64,000 bases of DNA from an uncultured Sphaerobacteraceae bacterium (GCA_964526965.1 CAZGML010000005.1:8973-72972), one strand, 5' to 3'. Shown: positions 17,429 through 27,955, numbered from the stretch's first letter. Notes: generated by a model not told the origin, from the letters alone. A program made the numbers and translations.

Positions 17429-18989
17429 TCCGCCGCCCTCTGCAATGCAAACGTTTCGCCGGATGCTCAAGGTTCCGGCGATTGTTGCTGCGCTCGTCTG
17501 TAACTTCATCAGTGCCGTTGATCTAACGGTTATTGCCAGCATTATGCCTGGCATGATCGGTGATCTAGGCGTGAATACTGCCGATTTCGACCGATATATC
17601 TGGATCGTCAACGCGTACCTGATCTCGTACGTCGTCGCGATCCCCATCGTCGGCCGCCTCAGCGATCACATTGGTCGCCAGTTTGCGTTTATAGGCTGCC
17701 TGGTTATCTTCGCGATCGGCTCGGTGATCATGGCCCAGGCCGATTCGATGACCATCGCCGTGATTGGACGCGTGATTCAAGGGATTGGTGGCGGTGGCCT
17801 GTTGCCGGTCACCATCGCGCTGGTGGGGGATGTTCTGCCTCGAAACATGCGCCTTGCCGGCGTGGGGCTCGTTAGCGCGGTGGAGACGCTTGGCTGGGTG
17901 TTTGGGCCAACGTGGGGTGCGGCCATCGTCGCTATTGTCCCGGAGCAGTACGACCCCTGGCGCTGGGTTTTTTGGACCAATGTGCCGGTTGCCCTCATTG
18001 CCCTCGCTGCGATCTGGCGAGGATTCCCGCGCGGCACGGACACTCGCCAACGCGGACTCAGCAATCTCGACATCCTCGGAACGTTGCTGCTGGCTGTCGT
18101 GTTGGTCGCCACCAATCTCAGCCTCAGCTCTGGCGGCGATTATGGAGCCGGTGCCAATACCGGCCTGCGTGCGTTCGGTGGCACACCAAACCCGCTGGCT
18201 GAACATATCCCACTCTTGCTCACAATCGCTGTTGTAGCTTTTGTCGCATTAGTAATGTGGGAGCGGCGTGCAGCCCATCCGATTTTCCCACCAGAGCTGT
18301 TTCGCCAGGGGTTCTTCGTTGCCTCAATGGTTGCCAACTTCCTAATCGGTGCTGCGCTGATGGTGGGTATGGTGAACATACCGGTCATTGTCTCGTTGGC
18401 GAGCGAAGGTTCCGCCAGTCGCGATTCCGCATTGCTCCTCATCCCGCTCACCCTCGCGATTGCAGTTTTCGCCCTTGCCAGCGGCACGATCAGCAATCGT
18501 ATTGGTCAACAGCACATGACCCGGCTTGGTGTGCTCCTCGGTGCTGTCGGGTTCGCGCTGGTCTATTTCATGATCGATATGAGCAACCTCTGGCAAATGG
18601 CACCCGGGCTCGCCATCGCCGGCGCGGGTATCGGCCTGCTCATGGCGCCGCTCAGCGCATCAGCCCTCGATGCATCGGACAAGACGAATCGTGGTGCAGC
18701 CACCAGTACGGCCCTGCTGTGCCGGTTGCTCGGCATGACCATCGGCATGAGCCTGGTCACCACTGCCGGCATCTATCGTCTGCAGCAGTTGACGGGTGAG
18801 CTTGATCCGGTGGTACAGAGGGAAGGGGAGAGCACTGCCCTGTATTTCGCACGGCAACAGGAGTTCGTGAACGAGGTGCTCTCACCGCTGGGCGTGCAGG
18901 TAATGCAGGAGACCTTTCTCGCCGCGGCGATCATTGTGGCGCTGGCCATGATCCCGGTGTTAAAAATGAGGCACGACTCCCAGACCTAG
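17409..18989 (+). CDS. MFS transporter, DHA2/EmrB-like (about 14 TM)
   Basis: The 526-aa product contains GRLSDHIGRQFAF and many TM segments. It overlaps the upstream gene by 20 nt. Confidence 0.82.
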   Translation: MSSQPTSPPPSAMQTFRRMLKVPAIVAALVCNFISAVDLTVIASIMPGMIGDLGVNTADFDRYIWIVNAYLISYVVAIPIVGRLSDHIGRQFAFIGCLVIFAIGSVIMAQADSMTIAVIGRVIQGIGGGGLLPVTIALVGDVLPRNMRLAGVGLVSAVETLGWVFGPTWGAAIVAIVPEQYDPWRWVFWTNVPVALIALAAIWRGFPRGTDTRQRGLSNLDILGTLLLAVVLVATNLSLSSGGDYGAGANTGLRAFGGTPNPLAEHIPLLLTIAVVAFVALVMWERRAAHPIFPPELFRQGFFVASMVANFLIGAALMVGMVNIPVIVSLASEGSASRDSALLLIPLTLAIAVFALASGTISNRIGQQHMTRLGVLLGAVGFALVYFMIDMSNLWQMAPGLAIAGAGIGLLMAPLSASALDASDKTNRGAATSTALLCRLLGMTIGMSLVTTAGIYRLQQLTGELDPVVQREGESTALYFARQQEFVNEVLSPLGVQVMQETFLAAAIIVALAMIPVLKMRHDSQT

Positions 18990-19016
18990 ACCCGCCCGTG
19001 GTGGCACAATAGAGCC

Positions 19017-19820
19017 ATGGAACGAGAAGCGCCGCATCCCATCCGTACGTTTTGGCTGTGGCCCGCAATTATCATCGGCGGGTTGCTGGTGCTGGCTTTG
19101 GTGCCGGGCGGTTTTGCCGAAAAATCCAAGCTGATGTTGCATGGTCTGTGCGCACAAACACCGGATCATACCTACAGCATTGGGGGACAGCCATTGCCGT
19201 TCGATGCCCGGATGACAGGCATCTACACGGGCGTGCTCGGCACCGCGGGATACCTGGCCGTGCGAGGTCGACTCCTGGCCCAGCAACTCCCTGGCAAGGG
19301 AATTCTTGCCGCACTGGCATTTTTCGTCGTGATCATGGGGCTGGATGGATTCAACTCTCTGTTCACCGATATCGGTGTCTGGCATCCGTGGGAGACGACC
19401 AACACAACCCGCGTCATCACCGGCTACCTCTCCGGGGTAACCCTCACCATTGCATTGATCTGGTTGGTCTCTGGCACCGTCTTCCAGGTGTCCGATCGGC
19501 GACCGGTGATGGATAGTTGGCGGGACGTCGTGTATTCCGTCGCTCCGCTCGGACTCGTGTTTGTCATCCTGTGGACAGCACCTGCGTGGCTGTACGTGCC
19601 ATTCTCCTCGCTGCTGGTAATAAGCGCCTGGCTCGTACTTGGCACGCTGGCACTCGTGACGGTACTCCTGATCAGCCGATTCGATGAGCGAATCGTCAAG
19701 CGCGCGCAGTTGCATATCCCTGGTGCAGTGGGACTCCTGCTCGGCCTGGCAGCGATGCTCATGCTCGCCATGGGACGTCAGTGGCTGGAGAGCACGCTGG
19801 GTATTCCTTCCACACTTTGA
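19017..19820 (+). CDS. DUF2085-like integral membrane protein
   Basis: The 267-aa polytopic product contains HGLCAQTPDHTY. Confidence 0.5.
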   Translation: MEREAPHPIRTFWLWPAIIIGGLLVLALVPGGFAEKSKLMLHGLCAQTPDHTYSIGGQPLPFDARMTGIYTGVLGTAGYLAVRGRLLAQQLPGKGILAALAFFVVIMGLDGFNSLFTDIGVWHPWETTNTTRVITGYLSGVTLTIALIWLVSGTVFQVSDRRPVMDSWRDVVYSVAPLGLVFVILWTAPAWLYVPFSSLLVISAWLVLGTLALVTVLLISRFDERIVKRAQLHIPGAVGLLLGLAAMLMLAMGRQWLESTLGIPSTL

Positions 19821-19940
19821 GACCGTACTCTTTGGTACACTCAAACAAGCGCGCGTTTCAACGTGTAATGGTTGAATGTTGCCCGTTCCAACTACTGACA
19901 TAATCTGCTGGAGCGGTATTGAAGGAACCCTTAATCTCAC

Positions 19941-20747
19941 ATGCGTATTGTTCGTCACTCCCAACACATCAAACAACAGAAGCGAAAAAGCAAGTGGTTA
20001 GCGGCTATCGGGTTTTTGGTGCTCACAAGCGCCATGTTCCTGGCTACCCTGCCTAATGCACTGCTGTTCGCTTACATCGCCATGATTGGCGGCTTCGTTA
20101 TGTTTAATATCGGTATGCAGGGTATCGGCCGCTGGACCCGTAATCCGCGTAACGATCAGGTCCTGGATATCCGCATGAAGGCCCTGTCCGACCAGACCAC
20201 ACTGGTGCATTACGCAAGCATTACGGATCAGAAGGGTCGACCCAAGGTAGTGGACCACATGTTGGTCTACGCTGGCGGCTTGCTGGTTCTGAACGCCAAG
20301 GAAGTTGATGGCAAGATCCAGCAGAAGAAGTCGACCTGGCGCAAGCAGGGCGGATTCATCCGCAAGATGTTCAGCTTTAGCGGGCCGCAACTTGGTAACC
20401 CGAGCTTCGAGAACGACCGCCTCGTTCCCGCTGTGGAGCAATGGCTCGCTGACAATCAGCTTGAAATCGATGTGATTGCCGCTACTGTGTTCCTGCACCC
20501 ACGTACAGAACTGGAGATCGAAGAGCCGGATTACCCAGTGCTGCACGCTGAAGAATTGCCCGACTTCGTTCGCGAACTCGAACCAGACGAGGACTTCACG
20601 CAGGACGAGAAGTTCCGCATTGTGGAGCTGCTCTCCCAGGGTGAAGGCGTTGAGACCCCGGAGCAGGAGCGCTCCAGTCGCCGACCGCGTCCGGTCCGTC
20701 GCCGGGCTGCACCGAAGGTCACGCAGTCAAAGCGTAAGTCTGCATGA
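19941..20747 (+). CDS. NERD-domain-like membrane protein
   Basis: There are two N-terminal TM segments, then VVDHMLVYAGGLLVLNAKEVDGKIQQKKSTW. This resembles the NERD core (DH..V...G..V.E.K...G.I....W). Confidence 0.5.
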   Translation: MRIVRHSQHIKQQKRKSKWLAAIGFLVLTSAMFLATLPNALLFAYIAMIGGFVMFNIGMQGIGRWTRNPRNDQVLDIRMKALSDQTTLVHYASITDQKGRPKVVDHMLVYAGGLLVLNAKEVDGKIQQKKSTWRKQGGFIRKMFSFSGPQLGNPSFENDRLVPAVEQWLADNQLEIDVIAATVFLHPRTELEIEEPDYPVLHAEELPDFVRELEPDEDFTQDEKFRIVELLSQGEGVETPEQERSSRRPRPVRRRAAPKVTQSKRKSA

Positions 20748-21754
20748 TGGATGGAGTTGCTGACGACAACATTTCGGTCTGGCCCATATGGGGCCACGAC
20801 CATGCCGTGAAGGAACTGCACGCGGCCTCGGTAAAGGGGCCGCGTCACGCGTACATCCTTAGCGGATTTGATCATCTTGGCAAAAGCACCATCGCCCGGA
20901 TATTCGCCCAATCGCTGCTGTGTGAGCAGCCTCCAGCCCCTGGCGTTCCCTGCCTGGAGTGCCGGGCCTGCAAACGCGTTGCACGAGATGCTCATCCGGA
21001 TTGCACGACCTTCGACCTCGAACGCCAGGCAAAAATGGCGGAGAAGTCGACCACATCTCGCAATCTCACGCTCAACATCCAGACTGTCCGCGAGATCACA
21101 AGCAGCATCTCGATGCGGCCTTTGGAATCCCGCAATCGAATCATCATCGTTGACGACGTTGAATCCATGCAGGAAACGGCACAGGAAGCATTTCTCAAAA
21201 CACTTGAGGAGCCGCCAGCGTATGCGGTGATCCTGTTGCTCACCACGGATGCTGAGCTGCTGCTGGAAACCATCCGCAGCCGCGCCATGACGGTTCACCT
21301 GCAAAACGTACCGGCGGAGCGGATACAGCAAGGGCTGCTGACTCAAGGCGTGGATCGCGAGAAAGCCGAACAGATTGCCGAAGTGAGCGATGGTCGCCCA
21401 GGGTGGGCTATCCGCGCCGCGAAGGATGACAAGCTGCTCACTGAACGGTTGGAGCAACAGGCTGCGGCGGAGAACTGGATTCAGTCCGAGCGCTACCATC
21501 AACTCGCTGAAGCAACCCGCCTTGGAGACGCCTTCGCCAAGGACCGCATGGCCGTATACGCACGACTCACCGCCGTACAGCGGCAGTGGCGCCAGCGTGT
21601 AATGGACGACATTACTGCATCCCCGGCCAAAATCACTGATAATGTAAATGCACTGAAAAGTATCGAAATGTGCTTCCGGGATTTGGATGCCAACGTACGT
21701 CCAAAACTGGCACTACAAACGATGGTGTTGCAATGGCCGATAACCAACCAATAA
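20744..21754 (+). CDS. holB: DNA polymerase III delta-prime subunit
   Basis: The product contains HAYILSGFDHLGKSTIARIFAQSLLCEQ and the zinc module CLECRACKRVARDAHPD. The ATGA start overlaps the upstream stop. Confidence 0.88.
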   Translation: MMDGVADDNISVWPIWGHDHAVKELHAASVKGPRHAYILSGFDHLGKSTIARIFAQSLLCEQPPAPGVPCLECRACKRVARDAHPDCTTFDLERQAKMAEKSTTSRNLTLNIQTVREITSSISMRPLESRNRIIIVDDVESMQETAQEAFLKTLEEPPAYAVILLLTTDAELLLETIRSRAMTVHLQNVPAERIQQGLLTQGVDREKAEQIAEVSDGRPGWAIRAAKDDKLLTERLEQQAAAENWIQSERYHQLAEATRLGDAFAKDRMAVYARLTAVQRQWRQRVMDDITASPAKITDNVNALKSIEMCFRDLDANVRPKLALQTMVLQWPITNQ

Positions 21755-22824
21755 ATCCGAGCAATCAGCCCTGGACACACGGCGTGGACGAGGCTCGTGC
21801 ATTCGCCCGGCAGCGATTCAAGGAGCGCCTGGAAAACGGCGAGAAGGTCGGCGATTGCAGTTGCAATACCGAACATGAGGCGGTTAACGCACTCGGCGGG
21901 GATTCGGCACAGGTTGTTGGTGTCCGGTTTCGTGATTCCAGCCGCGTCTATTTCTACAGCGTAGAAGACAGCGATATAGCGGATGGCGAATGGGTAGTTG
22001 TGAAATCATCCCGCGGCGTTGAGGCGGCCAGGGTCGTTATTGCCCCTCGCCAGATGTTGCTTAACCAGCTGGACGGTGACCTGAGTCCGATTGAGCGACG
22101 CATGTCTCCGGACGATGTTGAGGCGATGCAAGCCCTGCGCGACAAGAGCGCAGAGGTGGTTAAAACGGCCGGCAAGATAGCTCGTGAAAACAACATCAAG
22201 CTCAAAATCGTTGCATCTGAGTTCAACGTCGATGGCAGTCGGCTCAAGGTTAGCTATTCCACATCCGAGAACAACCAGCTCGGCGCGCAGGAGATCAAGG
22301 GGTTGCTGGAGGCCGAATTCGGCGTCGTGGTCGAGATGGCAGAAGTCGGCTCGCGAGACGAGGCCCGTCTTCTCGGTGGACTTGGCAAATGCGGCCGTAC
22401 GCTTTGTTGTTCATCGTGGTTGCCATTCTACCCGGACGTAAACATGGGTATGGCCAAGAACCAGGATCTCAGCCTGAACCCGAGCAAGGTGACAGGGCTG
22501 TGCGGGCGCCTGCTTTGTTGCCTAAGCTACGAGAACGAGCAATATCGCCAGGCCAAGCGAATCCTCCCCCGATTGGGCAACACTGTCAGTACAGAGGAAG
22601 GTACTGGCACAGTGGTTTCCCTGCAGGTGCTGAAGGAACTCGTCACCGTAAAATTCGACGACACCTCCGAGGTGAAGACGATTCCCGCATCCGCAGTTTT
22701 GGGAGAACCAAGAGGGCGCCGTGGAGATGGACCTTCCGGTTCGGGTGATAGTGCACCGCAAGGCGATCACCGACGACGTCGGCGCAGTCGTCGATCCAGG
22801 TCCCACCAGAAAACCGACAACTAA
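21733..22824 (+). CDS. PSP1-domain protein (RicT/YaaT-like) with an Arg-rich C-terminal tail
   Basis: The product contains CGRTLCCSSWL and GLCGRLLCCLSYE. The tail reads GDHRRRRRSRRSRSHQKTDN. The ATG at 21733 overlaps the end of holB. Confidence 0.85.
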   Translation: MADNQPINPSNQPWTHGVDEARAFARQRFKERLENGEKVGDCSCNTEHEAVNALGGDSAQVVGVRFRDSSRVYFYSVEDSDIADGEWVVVKSSRGVEAARVVIAPRQMLLNQLDGDLSPIERRMSPDDVEAMQALRDKSAEVVKTAGKIARENNIKLKIVASEFNVDGSRLKVSYSTSENNQLGAQEIKGLLEAEFGVVVEMAEVGSRDEARLLGGLGKCGRTLCCSSWLPFYPDVNMGMAKNQDLSLNPSKVTGLCGRLLCCLSYENEQYRQAKRILPRLGNTVSTEEGTGTVVSLQVLKELVTVKFDDTSEVKTIPASAVLGEPRGRRGDGPSGSGDSAPQGDHRRRRRSRRSRSHQKTDN

Positions 22825-22850
22825 TCTTTCTAATTTCAGGAGTACTCAAT

Positions 22851-23150
22851 ATGCCGCTCTATCTCGTTGTGCACACGCCGAAAGAGGATATCGACGATGA
22901 AACGGTCTTCCCGCCCACCCAGTTAGCTGAACTCGCACGTGATCACGCAGGTGAAGATGCCCGCACCCGCTGGATAAAGACACTTTCGCCAGATCTGCAC
23001 GATGAGCGTCATTTCTCCATGTGGGACGCCAAAACTGCCGATGATATTCTTGAGGTCATGGAGCGCTATCACTTCATGAGTGAAATGGATCATCACCCTA
23101 TTGCAGTGCAGGAATGGGATCCGGCGACGGTGCTGGCAGCCGACGAGTAG
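22851..23150 (+). CDS. Small conserved-looking hypothetical protein (possibly DUF4242-like)
   Basis: The 99-aa product begins MPLYLVVHTPKED. Its RBS context is good, but I have no firm family assignment. Confidence 0.35.
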   Translation: MPLYLVVHTPKEDIDDETVFPPTQLAELARDHAGEDARTRWIKTLSPDLHDERHFSMWDAKTADDILEVMERYHFMSEMDHHPIAVQEWDPATVLAADE

Positions 23151-23159
23151 GACGGCGCG

Positions 23160-24902
23160 ATGCTGCTCGAACTATCGATTTCCAACCTGGCCATTATCGA
23201 CCACACCAGTATTCGCTTTCAGGATGGCCTGAACGCGATTACTGGTGAAACTGGCGCTGGTAAATCGATATTGCTGGATGCTCTGGGAGCGGTGTTAGGT
23301 GTTCGGGTCAGCAGCGAACTCGTGCGTATCGGTGCGAAATCGGCACTGGTAGAAGGGCAGTTCGACCTACCTGTTGAACGAACGGATGACATCCTCTCCA
23401 TGCTTTCGGAGCTGGGAGTTGAGCACGATCCCTCTGAGGCGCTGATCCTGAGTCGCGAGATTTCTGCCAGTGGCCGCTCCACCGCACGTATCAATGGACG
23501 GATGGTTCCGGCCAGTCAACTCAGCGCTATCGGGTCGCTGCTTGTGGACATCCATGGTCAAAGCGACCACCTGCGAATCCTTGATCCGGATGAACAACGT
23601 CGAATTCTCGATCGGTATGGCGGGCTTGAATCCTTGCGTCAACGTGCTGGCGAAGCGATCGCAGAATGGCGATCTGCCCGCCGTGCGCTCGAGGAATTAA
23701 ACACCGGCTCGCGGGAACGTGAGCAGCGCCGTGATTTGCTTTCGTTTCAGGTAAACGAAATCGATGAGGTCTCTCCCCAGCCGGGAGAGGACGAATCGCT
23801 TCGTCGTGAGCGGGATGTCCTGCAGAATGCCGACGAGCTCCGTATCAGTGCACTGAAAGCAGTTGAAGCGCTTACCGGCGAGGCGGAAGAGGTCAACGCA
23901 GTCGGACTGCTTCGGGAGATGGAGCGAAGTGTTCTGGAAGTAGGGGAGCTGGATTCGGGCGCAAAATCGCTCGGCGAGCGAGCGACAGAAATACTCGTGC
24001 TGGCTGAAGACCTTGCCCGCGACGTTCGCGACTATGCCGAGGAAATTGAAGGCGACCCGGAGCGACTGCAAGCCGTGGATGATCGGCTCAACAGCTTGCT
24101 TGTGCTGAAGCGAAAGTACGGTGCCACCCTCGAAGAAGTGCTGGAGTACCGAAATCAGGCCGCCACGGAGCTGGACGAGCTATCTGCGGACAAATATGAT
24201 CCCGCGGCACTCAACGAGCGCCTGGAGAAAGCCCAATCTGCTGCGATTAATACTGCTGTGCAGTTATCTGAAGCGCGAGCCAGGGCGGCAACAGAACTCG
24301 CCTCAGCAACCATGCAGAGCATCGCCGATTTGCAGATGGGAAACGCCGATGTCGAAATTCGGGTCGAACAGACCGATGACGAAAACGGCCTGCCGATCGA
24401 TGACGATCGCAGCGTGCGGGTCGACAGTACCGGTATAGACACCGTTACATTCCTCATCGCGCCGAATATGGGTGAGACTCGGAAGCCGATTGGCCGCATC
24501 GCCTCCGGTGGTGAAACCGCGCGAATCATGCTCGCGGTGAAATCCATCCTGAGCGATGTGGACGAAACACCCACACTCGTTTTTGATGAGATCGATGTCG
24601 GTGTGGGCGGTCGATCGGGCCAAATGGTGGGCGAGAAATTGTGGAGTCTTACCGACCGGCACCAGGTCATCGTTATCAGCCACCTCGCGCAAATCGCTGC
24701 ATTTGCTGACAAACACTTCCGCATCACCAAGCACGAGCAGGACGGCCGGATCGTATCCGATGTCGAGGAACTTGACCGGTTGACGCGCGAGGAAGAGCTT
24801 GCTGCGATGCTTGATGGCATTCCTGCGACGCCCGAATCCCTTGCCAATGCCCGGGCCATGCTTCAGAGGGTCCACGATTACCGGGCGAGCCGCCAGCGCT
24901 AG
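23160..24902 (+). CDS. recN: DNA repair protein RecN
   Basis: The product contains ITGETGAGKSILLDALG (Walker A), a long coiled-coil region and ASGGETARIMLAVK (signature). Confidence 0.93.
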   Translation: MLLELSISNLAIIDHTSIRFQDGLNAITGETGAGKSILLDALGAVLGVRVSSELVRIGAKSALVEGQFDLPVERTDDILSMLSELGVEHDPSEALILSREISASGRSTARINGRMVPASQLSAIGSLLVDIHGQSDHLRILDPDEQRRILDRYGGLESLRQRAGEAIAEWRSARRALEELNTGSREREQRRDLLSFQVNEIDEVSPQPGEDESLRRERDVLQNADELRISALKAVEALTGEAEEVNAVGLLREMERSVLEVGELDSGAKSLGERATEILVLAEDLARDVRDYAEEIEGDPERLQAVDDRLNSLLVLKRKYGATLEEVLEYRNQAATELDELSADKYDPAALNERLEKAQSAAINTAVQLSEARARAATELASATMQSIADLQMGNADVEIRVEQTDDENGLPIDDDRSVRVDSTGIDTVTFLIAPNMGETRKPIGRIASGGETARIMLAVKSILSDVDETPTLVFDEIDVGVGGRSGQMVGEKLWSLTDRHQVIVISHLAQIAAFADKHFRITKHEQDGRIVSDVEELDRLTREEELAAMLDGIPATPESLANARAMLQRVHDYRASRQR

Positions 24903-24967
24903 CGCGCTATACTTGGTCGTACGTTCAAATCGGGTCGGTTAAGACCCGGACACTAACAGGAGTACCC

Positions 24968-25270
24968 ATGCAGCCGAACATGAAGATGATCCAGCAGATG
25001 CAGAATCGCATGATGAAGATTCAGGAAGAGCTGGAAGAAACCGTTGTCGATGGCACCGCCGGCGGTGGTGTTGTTACCGTGCAGGTGACCGGGCAGCGTG
25101 AGATGAAGTCGATCAAAATCGATCCGTCTGCGGTAGATCCCGAAGACGTCGAGATGCTGGAAGACCTCGTGCTTGCCGCAGTGACTGATGCCATGGACAA
25201 GGCATCGAAGCTCAACGAGGAGAAGATGGGCGCACTCACAGGCGGAATGAAGATTCCTGGCCTGATGTAG
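24968..25270 (+). CDS. ybaB: Nucleoid-associated protein YbaB/EbfC family
   Basis: The 100-aa product contains [58 protein letters not shown]. Confidence 0.9.
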   Translation: MQPNMKMIQQMQNRMMKIQEELEETVVDGTAGGGVVTVQVTGQREMKSIKIDPSAVDPEDVEMLEDLVLAAVTDAMDKASKLNEEKMGALTGGMKIPGLM

Positions 25271-25289
25271 TCCCTGGAGGGCACAGCAA

Positions 25290-25520
25290 ATGGTTCTCAA
25301 AGAGCCCGTGCCTTTCTTCATTGGCGATGTTGTCCGTTTGCGTAAACCGCATCCCTGCGGTGGATACGAGTGGACAGTCGTGCGCCTTGGAGCTGATATC
25401 GGACTCGTCTGTCGCACCTGCGGCAGGCGAGTTCTCCTCCCCAGGCGAGAGCTGGAGCGTCGCCTGAAAGCGTTTGTGGAACGCGGACCGGAATACACTG
25501 AACCCGGCGAAGATTCGTGA
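25290..25520 (+). CDS. DUF951-family small protein
   Basis: The product contains [34 protein letters not shown]. Confidence 0.75.
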   Translation: MVLKEPVPFFIGDVVRLRKPHPCGGYEWTVVRLGADIGLVCRTCGRRVLLPRRELERRLKAFVERGPEYTEPGEDS

Positions 25521-26902
25521 GCAGCACACAACACGCTGGTGGCATACGGGATGTACTACGGAACGGCGCTTTCGTGCGCCTCTGGAGCATTCAGGCCGTT
25601 ACGCAGGTTCTGCAGAACATGGTCAACTTCGCGCTACTTCTCCGTGTGCGCGAAGTCGTTGAAATCCATGACCTGGCCAATGCCAACACCGCAATCAGCC
25701 TGGTGATTCTGGCCTTCTCCCTGCCGGCGGTTCTCTTTGGTCCCCTGGCCGGTGTTATAGCCGACCGCTCGAACAAGCGCATTCTCATGGCGGTGCTAAA
25801 CGTCGGCCGCGCCGTGGCCGTGGTTCTTTTCCTTGCCATCCAGCCGGGCTGGCACGTCGAAACGATCCTGGCCGCGTTCTATATCGTGACGTTCCTGTTC
25901 GGCATCGCCGGTCAGTTCTTCGCCCCGGTGCTTGGGGCAACGATTCCAATCGTGGCTCGGCGAGAAGAACTGATGAGCGCCAATGCGCTCTTCAACCTGA
26001 CAAACACGGCGGCACAGCTAATCGGCTTCGCTGCTGCCGGACCGCTCGTTGCACGAATCCTGGGCGTCGATCGTCTTTTCGCTGTGGCAGTCGTTGCATA
26101 CCTGCTGGCCGCCGGGCTGGTCTTTACCCTGCCCCGCACGCCGAAGCCAACCTATGCCGAAGAGGATCTTGCGATTCATCCGATGCAGCGTCTTTGGTCG
26201 GATATGAAAGATGGGCTGGTCTATATCCTGCAGGACCCGGCGTTAATGAAGTCGATTGGCTACCTCACGCTCGCATCCACGACGTTCCTCACCATCGCGA
26301 CGCTTGGGCCGGATTTCGTTACCAGCGTCATTGGTCTTGCCACTGAGGATATCGGCCTGGTGGTTGCTCCTGCAGGGGCAGGAATCCTGATTGGCGTCCT
26401 GACTGTCCCGAGGGTGGTACGGCGCATCGGAAGACGCTGGCTTATCAGCATCGCCATGGTGTTGGCGGGAATCATGATGGCGTTCATGGCTATCACCCGA
26501 AATGTTATGGACTGGATTGTTCCCGGCGATTCGGAGGTAGGCACCGTGGCAGCATTGGTGGGCGCGTTTGCCGCTGTGCTTGGTATCTGTAATGCATATA
26601 TCCTGGTGCCCTCGCAGACTATGCTGCAGGAGCGTAGCCACGAAGCGATTCGCGCCCGCGTTTACGCCACGTTTTTCACCATCAGTAACGGTGTGGCGTT
26701 TATCCCGATTTTCTTCGCTGCGGCCGCTGCTGACCTTTTTGGTGTGGTGAATGTGCTGCTCGTTATGGCAGCGATTGTGGGCGGCTTGGGGCTCTTCCAG
26801 ATCTTGCATGCGCGCCAGTCGCGGATCGCCAGATGGCAGCGCACGCGTGCCAGGCACCGGCTTGGTCCGGATGCATTACCCAAGCCTAAAGACCGGACGT
26901 AA
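25517..26902 (+). CDS. MFS transporter (EntS/MFS_3-like)
   Basis: The 461-aa product has about 12 TM segments and [16 protein letters not shown]. The GTGA start overlaps the DUF951 stop. Confidence 0.8.
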   Translation: MSSTQHAGGIRDVLRNGAFVRLWSIQAVTQVLQNMVNFALLLRVREVVEIHDLANANTAISLVILAFSLPAVLFGPLAGVIADRSNKRILMAVLNVGRAVAVVLFLAIQPGWHVETILAAFYIVTFLFGIAGQFFAPVLGATIPIVARREELMSANALFNLTNTAAQLIGFAAAGPLVARILGVDRLFAVAVVAYLLAAGLVFTLPRTPKPTYAEEDLAIHPMQRLWSDMKDGLVYILQDPALMKSIGYLTLASTTFLTIATLGPDFVTSVIGLATEDIGLVVAPAGAGILIGVLTVPRVVRRIGRRWLISIAMVLAGIMMAFMAITRNVMDWIVPGDSEVGTVAALVGAFAAVLGICNAYILVPSQTMLQERSHEAIRARVYATFFTISNGVAFIPIFFAAAAADLFGVVNVLLVMAAIVGGLGLFQILHARQSRIARWQRTRARHRLGPDALPKPKDRT

Positions 26903-26911
26903 TCCGTGGAG

Positions 26912-27850
26912 TTACACTGCTTGCGTACCCAGCAATTGGTTCAATAGCGCCATGCGAACATAAACGCCGTTCTTTGCCTGACGGAAGTAAGCTGCGCGAG
27001 GGTCATCGTCCACCTCGACGGATATCTCATCCACACGCGGGAGCGGGTGCATCACAATGGCGTGGTCGCCGAGCTTCTTCATCTGATCCGGTGTGATGAT
27101 GTACGTGCCCTTCACCTCCAGGTATTCTGATTCGCTAGCGAATCGTTCCTTCTGGATTCGCGTTTGGTAGACAACGTCTGCGGTGGACATCGCTTCTTCC
27201 AGATCCGGCTGTTCCTCCCAGGTTGCGCCGGCCGCATCGAGCGCATCCTTGATGTCGTCGCGCATCTGGACCTGCGGAGGCGAAACGAACATGATGTGGC
27301 AGTTATGGGTTTGGCGCAGAAGCAGGCTGAGTGACCGCGCCGTGCGGCCGAATTTGAGATCGCCAACCATGGCGATGCGGAGATCGTCGATGCGTCCGAT
27401 TTCGTGGTGGATGGTGTAGAGGTCGAGTAGTGCCTGCGTTGGGTGCTCACCGGGACCGTCGCCGGCATTGAGGATGGGAATCTCGGCAACGGCGATAGCG
27501 CGTGCAAGAGCTCCTTCCTCGTGGTGACGCATGGCAACCGCATCAGCGTAGCCAGAGATCATGCGGATCGTGTCTTCCACGGTTTCGCCCTTCATGGCAG
27601 AGCTGAATTCGCGTGCATTCTCGGTGCTGATCACGTTGCCACCGAGTCGCATCATCGCGCTCTCGAAGCTCAGCCTCGTGCGGGTGCTGGGTTCGTAGAA
27701 GATCGATGCCAGTATCTTTCCGCGCAGCGGTTCAGCATCGGCCGGAAGTTCGCGCATCGCGTCGGCGTCGGCAAACAGCGCCTCGATCCACGCTCGATCA
27801 AACTGTTCCACCGCCACAATATGTCGCATCGCAATCACCCCTCCGGGCAC
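26912..27850 (-). CDS. pyrB: Aspartate carbamoyltransferase catalytic subunit
   Basis: The product contains FYEPSTRTRLSFESA, HPTQALLD and HPLPRVDEI. Confidence 0.95.
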   Translation of the reverse strand: MPGGVIAMRHIVAVEQFDRAWIEALFADADAMRELPADAEPLRGKILASIFYEPSTRTRLSFESAMMRLGGNVISTENAREFSSAMKGETVEDTIRMISGYADAVAMRHHEEGALARAIAVAEIPILNAGDGPGEHPTQALLDLYTIHHEIGRIDDLRIAMVGDLKFGRTARSLSLLLRQTHNCHIMFVSPPQVQMRDDIKDALDAAGATWEEQPDLEEAMSTADVVYQTRIQKERFASESEYLEVKGTYIITPDQMKKLGDHAIVMHPLPRVDEISVEVDDDPRAAYFRQAKNGVYVRMALLNQLLGTQAV

Positions 27851-27955
27851 AACTCGAGTATTCCGGGACGATTATACGTGCAACCGGAGATCATCAGGAG
27901 GGGTATTCAACAACTGGTAATGTGGATTGGGCGACACGCGCGCGATGGTACTCGA

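Noticed and set aside
18960-19976. A 338-aa minus-strand ORF.
   Set aside because: It is antisense to the DUF2085-like membrane protein gene. Its composition is rich in His, Gln, Arg and Cys and does not look like a real protein.
20531-21502. A 323-aa minus-strand ORF.
   Set aside because: It is antisense to holB, which has clear clamp-loader motifs.
27851-27955. A PyrR-type attenuator or a clear promoter upstream of pyrB.
   Set aside because: A TATAAT is present on the minus strand (27876-27871), but there is no acceptable -35. I saw no PyrR-binding loop motif or terminator/antiterminator pair.
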